Below are positions 19,711 to 27,078 of a stretch of 64,000 nt of DNA, in pieces. The stretch covers positions 129,341-193,340 of the forward strand of contig CBDEGO010000005.1 of NCBI GenBank assembly GCA_965237995.1. Reading direction: 5' to 3'. The position numbers and the translations under genes are program-made. The DNA comes from Candidatus Poriferihabitaceae bacterium. GTDB taxonomy: Bacteria > Pseudomonadota > Gammaproteobacteria > Arenicellales > Poriferihabitantaceae. The notes under the pieces are model-generated. The model was not told the DNA's origin and made no database searches. It saw only the letters and a program-made list of their open reading frames with translations. Each line of letters opens with the position of its first letter. The first letter of the stretch is position 1.

Positions 19711-19740
19711 TAAAAGTTATAAAAGTTATATAAGTTATAT
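19711..19740. repeat. 9-bp tandem repeat x3 (TAAAAGTTA)
   Basis: TAAAAGTTA TAAAAGTTA TATAAGTTA TAT, directly after the 14-bp array. Confidence 0.85.
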
Positions 19741-19870
19741 ACCACCTAATATCGTGAATATACACACTTTAGGAATATATTTCCACTCTCTTCTTAAGAA
19801 GTGTAATCCCCCCGAAAATTAAGGGTATTTAAAAGTAGAGAATTCTATTCACTTAATTTAGGATTTTCAG

Positions 19871-20137
19871 ATGAAGAAATCACGATATACAGATAGCCAG
19901 ATCATGGCGATCTTGAAACAAAATGAGTCAGGGGTTAGCGTAACTGATCTATGCAGAGAGCACAGTATGAGCCAAGCTGCGTTTTACCAATGGCGCAGCA
20001 AGTACGGCGGCATGGATGCCTCTTTGATGAAAGCAATTAAGGAACTTAAGGCTGAAAATGCTCGACTAAAACGCATGTATGCCGAAGAAAAGCTTAAAGT
20101 TGAAATAGCCCGTGAGGCCATTGAAAAAAAATGGTGA
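19871..20137 (+). CDS. IS3-family transposase OrfA (HTH)
   Basis: MKKSRYTDSQIMAILKQNESGVSVTDLCREHSMSQAAFYQWRSKYGGMD, a typical IS3/IS407 OrfA with a leucine-zipper tail. Confidence 0.85.
   Translation: MKKSRYTDSQIMAILKQNESGVSVTDLCREHSMSQAAFYQWRSKYGGMDASLMKAIKELKAENARLKRMYAEEKLKVEIAREAIEKKW
20125..20131 (+). other. Candidate -1 programmed frameshift heptamer A AAA AAA (orfA to orfB)
   Basis: The heptamer is in the X XXY YYZ register of orfA (codons AAA at 20126 and 20129). The -1 frame continues as KKMVTPSRR into orfB. Confidence 0.6.
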
Positions 20138-20784
20138 CGCCGTCTCGACGCAAAGAGATGGCGACAAGAGTAACCGAGCAATACCCAGTTTCAATTCGAG
20201 CTGCCTGTATTGTGTTTTCTATTAGCGAGACCTGTTATCGCTATCAGGCTAAATTATCTACTGAGAATGCGCTAATCGGTGATTGGTTGCTGAGATTAAC
20301 GACCACCTACAAACGCTGGGGCTTTGGTTTGTGCTATTTGTACCTGCGTAACGTCAAAGGCTATGGCTGGAACCATAAGCGGGTATATCGTATTTACCGA
20401 GAGCTTGAACTAAACCTAAGAATAAAACCTAGACGCCGTATTAAACGAGATAAGCCAGATGCACTAAGTGTACCTCTACAGGTTAATGATGTTTGGTCGA
20501 TGGGCTTTATGAGTGATTCGCTTAACGATGGACGAACGCTACGCACCTTCAATGTGATTGATGATTACAATCGAGAATGTTTAACCATCGATGCTGATTT
20601 ATCGTTGCCTAGCTTAAGAGTGATTCGAGCACTTGAACAGGTAATGGAGTGGCGTGGTAAACCCAATGCTATTCGTTGTGATAATGGCCCTGAATACGTA
20701 AGCAACCAAATAGTTGAATGGGCTAATAAGCATCAAATAACGTTGCTTTACATTCAACCGGGCAAACTGAAGTGGACCCCATGA
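20131..20784 (+). pseudogene. IS3-family transposase OrfB (rve integrase core), truncated
   Basis: ...IRCDNGPEYVSNQIVEWANKHQITLLYIQPGK, then LKWTP* read from the inserted IS. The region that normally carries the catalytic Glu is missing and is not found after 22033. Confidence 0.8.
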
Positions 20785-20855
20785 ATAGGACAGTTTAGTG
20801 GTAAAACTAAGGAGTTATTTTCTGTTTTATAATTGTTCAAAACGAGGAACAGAAA

Positions 20856-21137
20856 ATGAGTAGAAAACGTAGAAATCATTCACCACAATTCAAAGCCAAA
20901 GTAGCGCTTGCTGCAATCAAAGGAGATGAAACATTAAGCGCTCTTGCTAGTCGTCATGATATCGCTGCTAATCTTATTGTTAAATGGAAGAAGCAATTGC
21001 TTGACAGCTCAACTGATGTCTTTGCTTCAGGCACTGGTTTAGCGCCCGATAGAGAATCAGAGATTAAATCATTGCAAGCTAAGATTGGTGAGATCACTAT
21101 GGAAAATGATTTTTTGTCCAAAGCGCTCGGTCGTTAA
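20856..21137 (+). CDS. IS3-family transposase OrfA
   Basis: MSRKRRNHSPQFKAKVALAAIKGDETLSALASRHDIAANLIVKWKKQLL, HTH plus coiled coil. Confidence 0.85.
   Translation: MSRKRRNHSPQFKAKVALAAIKGDETLSALASRHDIAANLIVKWKKQLLDSSTDVFASGTGLAPDRESEIKSLQAKIGEITMENDFLSKALGR
21110..21116 (+). other. Candidate -1 programmed frameshift heptamer T TTT TTG
   Basis: In X XXY YYZ register with orfA. The -1 frame reads FFVQSARSLNRLQRKAMINK without a stop, directly into orfB. Confidence 0.55.
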
Positions 21138-21157
21138 ACAGACTGCAGCGCAAAGCC

Positions 21158-21982
21158 ATGATTAATAAAACCAATGAATTATCGTTAGTTCGTCAGTGTA
21201 AGCTGTTGGAAATTCATCGATCTAGCGTTTACTACAAGCCTACACCAGCTACTAATGACGACTTGGAGCTAATGCATCTGATAGATCGAATTCACCTCAA
21301 TCGGTCTTTCTTAGGCAGTAGGCGTATTCGCGATGTATTGCAAGATGTTGGCCACCGAGTTGACCGTAAGCATGTGCAGCGTTCAATGCGTAAGATGGGC
21401 ATTAAAGCTATCTACCCTAAGCCGAATACCAGTAAGAGAAAGGCTGGCCATAAGGTTTATCCTTATCTGCTAGGCGGATTGAATATTAAACGCCCTAATC
21501 AAGTGTGGGCTACGGATATCACCTACATACCAATGCCTAATGGCTTTGCGTATCTCACGGTGGTGATGGATTGGTATTCTCGTAAAGTATTGTCATGGCG
21601 CCTTAGCAACAGCATGGACAGTTCATTCTGTGTTGATGCCTTAGAAGAGGCGCTGCATTACTATGGTAAACCTGAAATCTTTAACAGTGACCAGGGCGTA
21701 CAATTCACTAGCGAAGCCTTTACAAACGTGTTTAAAACAAACAATATTCGCATCAGTATGGACGGCAAGGGTGCTTGGCGTGACAATGTGTTTGTTGAGC
21801 GTTTATGGCGCAGTATTAAATATGAGGAAGTTTATCTGCAATCTTACCAGACGATGAGAGAGGCAAAAGAAGGCATTGGTGCTTGGATACAATATTACAA
21901 TCAAGAGCGAAAACATCAAACCTTGGGCATGGTGCCCGACATGATGTATGATCCATATCATGGCCTGAAACTAGCCGCATAA
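21158..21982 (+). CDS. IS3-family transposase OrfB (DDE/rve), probably made as an OrfAB fusion
   Basis: DDE context WATDITYIP ... FNSDQGVQFTS ... VERLWRSIKYEEVY. Confidence 0.88.
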   Translation: MINKTNELSLVRQCKLLEIHRSSVYYKPTPATNDDLELMHLIDRIHLNRSFLGSRRIRDVLQDVGHRVDRKHVQRSMRKMGIKAIYPKPNTSKRKAGHKVYPYLLGGLNIKRPNQVWATDITYIPMPNGFAYLTVVMDWYSRKVLSWRLSNSMDSSFCVDALEEALHYYGKPEIFNSDQGVQFTSEAFTNVFKTNNIRISMDGKGAWRDNVFVERLWRSIKYEEVYLQSYQTMREAKEGIGAWIQYYNQERKHQTLGMVPDMMYDPYHGLKLAA

Positions 21983-22071
21983 TCAGGTGGAAATAACTCC
22001 TAAGCAACCTGTCCTAAAAATGGGGTCCACTTCTTCACCTTAGCTAACGATAGAATGTTAAGCTCTTCGAC

Positions 22072-22275
22072 ATGAAGAGCCAAACAACAATTAAAGCGTG
22101 CAGAATTCTGTGCGCTTTATTTTTATCTAGCTTTTACCACTCAGCGTTGGCTAGCGAGCTAGAGACACTGCTGAATTTAACTGCTGACAATTGGCTAACA
22201 CCGAGCTATCGAAACATTAAACCCAATCATGATCAGCAGCTAGATAAGTTCATAAAAGTAACCGTATTACCCTAA
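22072..22275 (+). CDS. Hypothetical small secreted protein
   Basis: 67 aa with a signal-peptide-like N-terminus (ILCALFLSSFYHSALA/SE). No recognisable family. Confidence 0.3.
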   Translation: MKSQTTIKACRILCALFLSSFYHSALASELETLLNLTADNWLTPSYRNIKPNHDQQLDKFIKVTVLP

Positions 22276-22296
22276 TCACGAACTCACGCTTTAACC

Positions 22297-22935
22297 ATGC
22301 CACAAACACCTATTTCACTATATTTGGCACATGACCCGATGTGTAGCTTTTGCTGGGCGTTTCGACCTATTTGGGAAGCAGTCAAACCACGACTTGCTGA
22401 AAACATCACCGTGGTTTCAGTTGTAGGTGGTTTGGCTCCGGATTCCGATGAACCGATGCCAATGGAGATGCAGCAAAAGCTTGCCGGCACATGGAAGTAT
22501 ATCGAGCAATCGATCCCTGCCACTACATTCAACCATGCGTTCTGGACAGACTGCCAACCACGAAGATCAACCTACCCCTCGTGCCGTGCAGCGCTGATCG
22601 CCAGAAACAACGCGGAAGAACTGGAAGACAAGATAACGCTGGAGATTCAAAAGGCCTACTACCTTAACGCGCAGAACCCTTCTGACGCTGACACGTTAAT
22701 CAACGCTGCAGTTAACATCGGATTAGATAAAGAAGAATTCACAAAAGCGTTAACCAGCGAAGATATTGACACACAACTTAGGCAAGAGCTAATGAAGGCG
22801 AGGAGATTAGGTTTAAATAGCTTCCCCGGCATTCTAGTGACCAATGGCGACACGGGTTCACATGTCGCCATTGAGTATAACGATGCAGACTTAATGCTTA
22901 ACCAAATTAATAGTGCAATTGACCAGATAAGCTAA
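22297..22935 (+). CDS. DsbA-family thioredoxin-fold protein
   Basis: N-terminal CSFC (CxxC) motif in YLAHDPMCSFCWAFRPIW. C-terminal GLNSFPGILV is typical of DsbA/FrnE-like proteins. Confidence 0.7.
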   Translation: MPQTPISLYLAHDPMCSFCWAFRPIWEAVKPRLAENITVVSVVGGLAPDSDEPMPMEMQQKLAGTWKYIEQSIPATTFNHAFWTDCQPRRSTYPSCRAALIARNNAEELEDKITLEIQKAYYLNAQNPSDADTLINAAVNIGLDKEEFTKALTSEDIDTQLRQELMKARRLGLNSFPGILVTNGDTGSHVAIEYNDADLMLNQINSAIDQIS

Positions 22936-22999
22936 GCGCGTTGTTTACTCTCTATTTTAATGGGGTAAAATCTGACGATCAGCTAACCTTACAACCACT

Positions 23000-24274
23000 A
23001 TGAAATTCTCGAAATTTGGTAGTCGCTTGAGCAGCGACAGCGGCATCCTGCAATTAATGGATGACTTAGGCAACGCCGTCAACACCGCTCCAGGAGAAGA
23101 ACTCTATATGCTTGGCGGTGGTAACCCTAGCCATATCCCTGAGGTACAAAGCATTTTGCAAGAAGAGCTGCGCGCCGTGGTTGAGAACAAAGCAAGCTTC
23201 AATAATCTAGTGGGCGATTACGACGGTCCGCAAGGTAACGAGACATTTATCAAAGGTCTGACTGAAATGTTTCGCGGCGAATACGGCTGGGATATAGACG
23301 AATCACATATTGCCATCACCAACGGCAGCCAATCTAGCTTTGGCCTCATTTTTAATCTACTAGCAGGAGAATTCCCAGACGGTAGCTATAAAACGATCAT
23401 GTTGCCATTAGTGCCTGAATACATCGGCTACGGTGATGTCGGTTTGTCAGACGCGCCTTTGTTTTCCGCAGTTAGGCCACTCATCGATATCGGCGAGGAT
23501 GGCTTTTACAAATACCGTGTTGATTTCGACAACGTAGATTTAGACGATTCCGTTGGGGCCGTGTGCGTATCACGCCCCACCAACCCAACTGGTAATGTCA
23601 TCACCGATGAAGAAGTCCACAAGCTCGCTAAATTGACCAAAGCAGCGGGCATCCCGATGGTTATCGATGGCGCCTATGGTCTGCCATTTCCCAATATCGT
23701 ATTCAATGAAGCCACACCCTATTGGGACGAGAACGTTATTTTATGCCTAAGTTTATCTAAGTTAGGTTTACCCGGCGTACGCACCGGCATCGTCATTGCC
23801 AACCCAGCACTCATTCAAAAGCTAACGGGGGCCAACGCTATTTTTAGCCTAGCACCTGGCAGTCTAGGTCCACAAATGATGACGCGCTTAGTGCAAAACC
23901 GAAAACTACTAGACATCAGTAATAATCAGATACGACCCTACTATCAAAAACAAGTGCAAGTTGCAGTAAAGGCTGTGCAAGAGAGCATGCAAGATTTACC
24001 TGTGTATATCCATCAGCCGGAAGGCGCAATTTTCTTATGGCTTTGGTTTAAAGGCCTGCCCATTGATAGTGACGAACTCTATCGAAGATTAAAGGAGCAG
24101 AATGTATTGATTATTGCTGGACAGCACTTTTTCCCGGGCATTGATGACAGGGATTGGGCGCATCAATATGAGTGCATCCGCGTTAGTTATGTGGCTGATG
24201 AGGAGACCTTAAAAAAGGGAATTCGGAAGATTAGTGAAGTGGTTAGGGCTACGTTTGAAAACATTCAGGTTTGA
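23000..24274 (+). CDS. avtA: Valine--pyruvate aminotransferase
   Basis: Collinear with E. coli AvtA from the N-terminus (MKFSKFGSRLSSDSGILQLMDDLGNA...GGGNPSHIPE). PLP lysine context LSLSKLGLPG. Confidence 0.8.
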   Translation: MKFSKFGSRLSSDSGILQLMDDLGNAVNTAPGEELYMLGGGNPSHIPEVQSILQEELRAVVENKASFNNLVGDYDGPQGNETFIKGLTEMFRGEYGWDIDESHIAITNGSQSSFGLIFNLLAGEFPDGSYKTIMLPLVPEYIGYGDVGLSDAPLFSAVRPLIDIGEDGFYKYRVDFDNVDLDDSVGAVCVSRPTNPTGNVITDEEVHKLAKLTKAAGIPMVIDGAYGLPFPNIVFNEATPYWDENVILCLSLSKLGLPGVRTGIVIANPALIQKLTGANAIFSLAPGSLGPQMMTRLVQNRKLLDISNNQIRPYYQKQVQVAVKAVQESMQDLPVYIHQPEGAIFLWLWFKGLPIDSDELYRRLKEQNVLIIAGQHFFPGIDDRDWAHQYECIRVSYVADEETLKKGIRKISEVVRATFENIQV

Positions 24275-24545
24275 TTTTTCCGATCAAATTACCTGATCTG
24301 ATGTTTTCTTCCTCAGACGGCATCTGAATTTTTTAGTAGTAACTTGAACTTATCTATCGATAGCGATGAACTCGATTGCAGATTAAATGAACAGAGTATG
24401 TTGATATTGCGGGCTAGTACATTTCCTCTAGAATTGAGACAAAAACTAGGAACATCATACGAGTTATGTAGTTGATGGGGAGGCATTGACGACGGAGATT
24501 CCGAAAGTTGGTCAAGTCGAGGAACTAAATAATTTCTAGTTGACG

Positions 24546-25994
24546 CTACCAAATTTTCTCTCTTGTAGTGAATTCGGTTACAACCGAAGAATAAGTTACG
24601 TCAACACTAGCAATTTGCCAATAATTGTCTGAACGATCTGCATTTCTATCTCTACACACACCCGCATAGTGAATAGGTGTAGCTAGATTAATAAATGATT
24701 TACCCTTTTCCGTCAAAAACACTCTATCGCTGTTTGAATATACCAGCTTATTTTCAATCAGAATTCTAATCGCCTCATTAAATTCTGAAGGTTGAATAGT
24801 AAAAGTTCGAGTTCGGCCACTTACCAAATACCTTGTATGTTGGTTTCTTCTCTCTGTTGCCGTGTGAAGTAAACCTTTCAATCTAGTTGGATTACTCGCG
24901 AAATTGATTAAATTCAACAAATCAAAAACCAATGGTGTTTCCAAGCTTGTAACTCGAAACTTGGATTTATGTAAATCTGGGATTTTTTTCGTAACATACA
25001 AAGCAGCAGTTACACCAGTTCTTATATATGTCTGAAGTGCCCTTTCTGATTGACCTCCTGTAACTGAAAACCCTTTTGGTTTTCTAAGCTCAAGTAGTTT
25101 TGCTAAAACATCCATACCTGCTCGAATACTTCCATCGCAAACGGGTAAAATTAATTCGTCGCATAGTTCTTTAGAAAAAGGATTTATTTTTTTAAAGTCC
25201 GACGATCCAGTTGTATTTAGTATTCGTTTTTCGATAACCTTATGTAATGAGACTAAAGGAAGCTCCTCATGATTTGTCACAAAAGAGTCGATTCGAGTTA
25301 ACTGCTTACTCGTAAACTTCTCAAGGGTTTCAGGTCTAACAATAAGCCACTTCTTTATTCCTCCAGGCTCAATCGTGCTGTTGATAAACTCAAAAATATC
25401 CATGAGTCTATTCGCATCATCTATAGTATCGATATTGTCTAAAATAAATACTAAAGTTCTTGAAAATTTTCCTTTGTTTGCAGGATTAAATACGTAGTTT
25501 TTAAGCTCGAGAACCTGAGCTGCAAGCCCTTGCTCGCTATCCACAATTTCACAACACAGTCGGTCAAAAACATTACCTTGCTCTGATTCTTCGTACAGTT
25601 CAAACAAAGATTCTTTAATTTTTTCAAGAATTTGGTACCTCCAGTTTTCACCTTTAGCATTATTAGCGTGACATATGTAAAACTTGTACTGCGCATTTAG
25701 TTGCTTATCTTTGGTTGCATGATCCAGCAAGGTAAAGAGAAACGTTGTTTTTCCAATTCCTGGATTTCCCTGCACGAGCATCATAGTACCTGCAGCAGAG
25801 GTATGTTGTAATTTGAGCTTCAAATTGCTAGCAAACTCTTTGAGTTCATCTGAGGAGTAATACCGAAGGTCAAATTCTTTTGTTCGCCCCTCAGTTAACA
25901 GCGAATGACAATTCCCTAAATCAGGGTAACTTATCCACCCAAGTAGCTTAAACCATTCTGTAACACCCACCTCTTCGTCGAACAAACCACTCAT
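24546..25994 (-). CDS. P-loop AAA+ ATPase, ORC/Cdc6-like, with C-terminal winged-helix domain
   Basis: Walker A GNPGIGKTT (aa 76-84). Walker B LVFILDNID (aa 181-189; Asn sits where the catalytic Glu is usual). Lid/sensor-2-like DGSIRAGMDVLAKLL (aa 287-301). wHTH-like FNEAIRILIENKLVYSNSDRVFLTEKGKSF (aa 405-434). AGGA RBS 9 nt upstream. Confidence 0.7.
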   Translation of the reverse strand: MSGLFDEEVGVTEWFKLLGWISYPDLGNCHSLLTEGRTKEFDLRYYSSDELKEFASNLKLKLQHTSAAGTMMLVQGNPGIGKTTFLFTLLDHATKDKQLNAQYKFYICHANNAKGENWRYQILEKIKESLFELYEESEQGNVFDRLCCEIVDSEQGLAAQVLELKNYVFNPANKGKFSRTLVFILDNIDTIDDANRLMDIFEFINSTIEPGGIKKWLIVRPETLEKFTSKQLTRIDSFVTNHEELPLVSLHKVIEKRILNTTGSSDFKKINPFSKELCDELILPVCDGSIRAGMDVLAKLLELRKPKGFSVTGGQSERALQTYIRTGVTAALYVTKKIPDLHKSKFRVTSLETPLVFDLLNLINFASNPTRLKGLLHTATERRNQHTRYLVSGRTRTFTIQPSEFNEAIRILIENKLVYSNSDRVFLTEKGKSFINLATPIHYAGVCRDRNADRSDNYWQIASVDVTYSSVVTEFTTREKIW

Positions 25995-26015
25995 AAGTCA
26001 CATCCTATAATTATT

Positions 26016-26675
26016 TCACCAAATCCATCGCATCGCTCTTACCGCATGCGGACCATATATGCAAATCACGCCACTTAGTAAACATATTGTACATACCGTC
26101 CGCACAAGTAGTGTTGACGAGTCATATACTACGTATTTAATTGATGCCAAGCTTCTAGCAAGCTTGAGCTTATTAAGGTTCATTCCTACATTATTGACTG
26201 GCTTTTTAGAATCAGATTCTTTATCTTCTGTGTCAGCAAGTTCATCATTCAAAGCATAATCGTAAAATTTTTTCTTGTAATCATTTATTTTCGGAACTTC
26301 TTTAAGCTCCTCTAAAAAAGTAAAATTCAGCCCACTTTTCCTCCAAATGGGCAAATTTATTCGTTCACCTGTAACTTGACCGAACTCCTCATAGATACTC
26401 AATGCATTACTTGTTGCTAGACTTAATATTTTCAACTCATAATCTAGAAACTTCGGATAAGACCGTTGCAATGACGGCACAAAGAGTTGGTAAATTAAAT
26501 TAGCTATAACTACCAGCAAAGCACCAAACATTGCTACTCTAAGCGATGAAAATAACGTATCAGGGAAGAAAGATAGGTAGGTCAGCGGCGAAAGCACCGC
26601 AATAATAGTAGTGGACCTTCCAAAAACACTATCAAGAAGTGATTTCAGGTCGCTCCATAGTGGAATCCATTGCAT
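26016..26675 (-). CDS. Hypothetical membrane protein (2 N-terminal TM helices plus 1 C-terminal TM helix)
   Basis: Hydrophobic segments at about aa 22-38, 46-66 and 188-207. An acidic/lysine-rich loop lies between (DELADTEDKESDSKK). AGAGGGA RBS. Stop is 21 nt before the ATPase start. Confidence 0.6.
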   Translation of the reverse strand: MQWIPLWSDLKSLLDSVFGRSTTIIAVLSPLTYLSFFPDTLFSSLRVAMFGALLVVIANLIYQLFVPSLQRSYPKFLDYELKILSLATSNALSIYEEFGQVTGERINLPIWRKSGLNFTFLEELKEVPKINDYKKKFYDYALNDELADTEDKESDSKKPVNNVGMNLNKLKLARSLASIKYVVYDSSTLLVRTVCTICLLSGVICIYGPHAVRAMRWIW

Positions 26676-26744
26676 TTAAATTATATCCCTCTTTCATTAA
26701 AGTCTTAGCAACTCGCTTATTATGCATAATTTCAGTGTTTGCTA

Positions 26745-27023
26745 TTATAAGTTTTCCTGTATTCTGCGTGATTCCAGTATCACTAATTCAAAGAGTTTCT
26801 CAGAAAAATTTACATCGATATTCATTTGTTCAGATTGCGATCTTAGTACCTGTAATTTCTCTCTCTCCCTTTGAGAGTCAAGCACGTTAGCATTAGTAAT
26901 TCGTTTCAGCTCTGCGATTCGCTCGGATACTTTCGCTCGTTTTGATAAGCAATCTAAAATGTCAGAATCAATTTTGTCTATCTGTATTCTTAATTGACTT
27001 AGCCTAGTTGTAGTTTCAGTCAT
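26745..27023 (-). CDS. Stand-alone AroQ-class (type II) chorismate mutase
   Basis: 92 aa, collinear with the E. coli PheA CM domain. R12, R29, K40, D49, R52, E53, S85 and Q89 correspond one-for-one (offset +1) to EcCM R11, R28, K39, D48, R51, E52, S84 and Q88. Confidence 0.8.
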   Translation of the reverse strand: MTETTTRLSQLRIQIDKIDSDILDCLSKRAKVSERIAELKRITNANVLDSQREREKLQVLRSQSEQMNIDVNFSEKLFELVILESRRIQENL

Positions 27024-27049
27024 GATCTATTTCTGCTGGTTTCAAAACC

Positions 27050-27078
27050 ATGATAAAGGCACTAAAATTAATAGTCAA
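27050..27078 (-). promoter_or_regulatory. Candidate sigma70 promoter of the CM / TM-protein / ATPase operon
   Basis: Minus strand reads TTGACT-17 nt-TATCAT, about 26 nt upstream of the CM start codon, followed by the GGTTT-TG-AAACC dyad. Confidence 0.45.

Larger units (their letters stand above)
19802..20768 (+). mobile_element. IS3-family element (IS407-like), 3'-truncated by insertion of a second IS
   Basis: orfA/orfB arrangement with an A-rich frameshift site. The putative left end TGTAATCCCCCCG at about 19802 is an approximate boundary. orfB is cut at 20768. Confidence 0.7.
20769..22033 (+). mobile_element. Complete IS3-family insertion sequence (1265 bp)
   Basis: Terminal inverted repeats GAAGTGGACCCCAT(GAA)TAGGACAG at 20769 and CTGTCCTA(AAA)ATGGGGTCCACTTC ending at 22033. 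orfA and orfB lie in 0/-1 frames. No target-site duplication is evident. Confidence 0.85.

Noticed and set aside
15036-22036. Target-site duplications flanking the IS ends (CAA before 15039, ACT before 20769, TTC after 22033)
   Set aside because: No matching 3-4 bp repeats are present, so I do not claim a clean transposition event.
24311-24322. CTCAGACGGCAT, resembling the reverse complement of the Neisseria DNA uptake sequence (TTCAGACGGC)
   Set aside because: It is a single copy with one mismatch, and the genome is not neisserial. It is most likely chance.
24313-24552. 79-aa ORF overlapping the ATPase stop, as a fourth gene of the candidate system
   Set aside because: It has a TTG start, no RBS and a low-complexity Ser-rich product. 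It is kept only as a note inside the tail-region finding.
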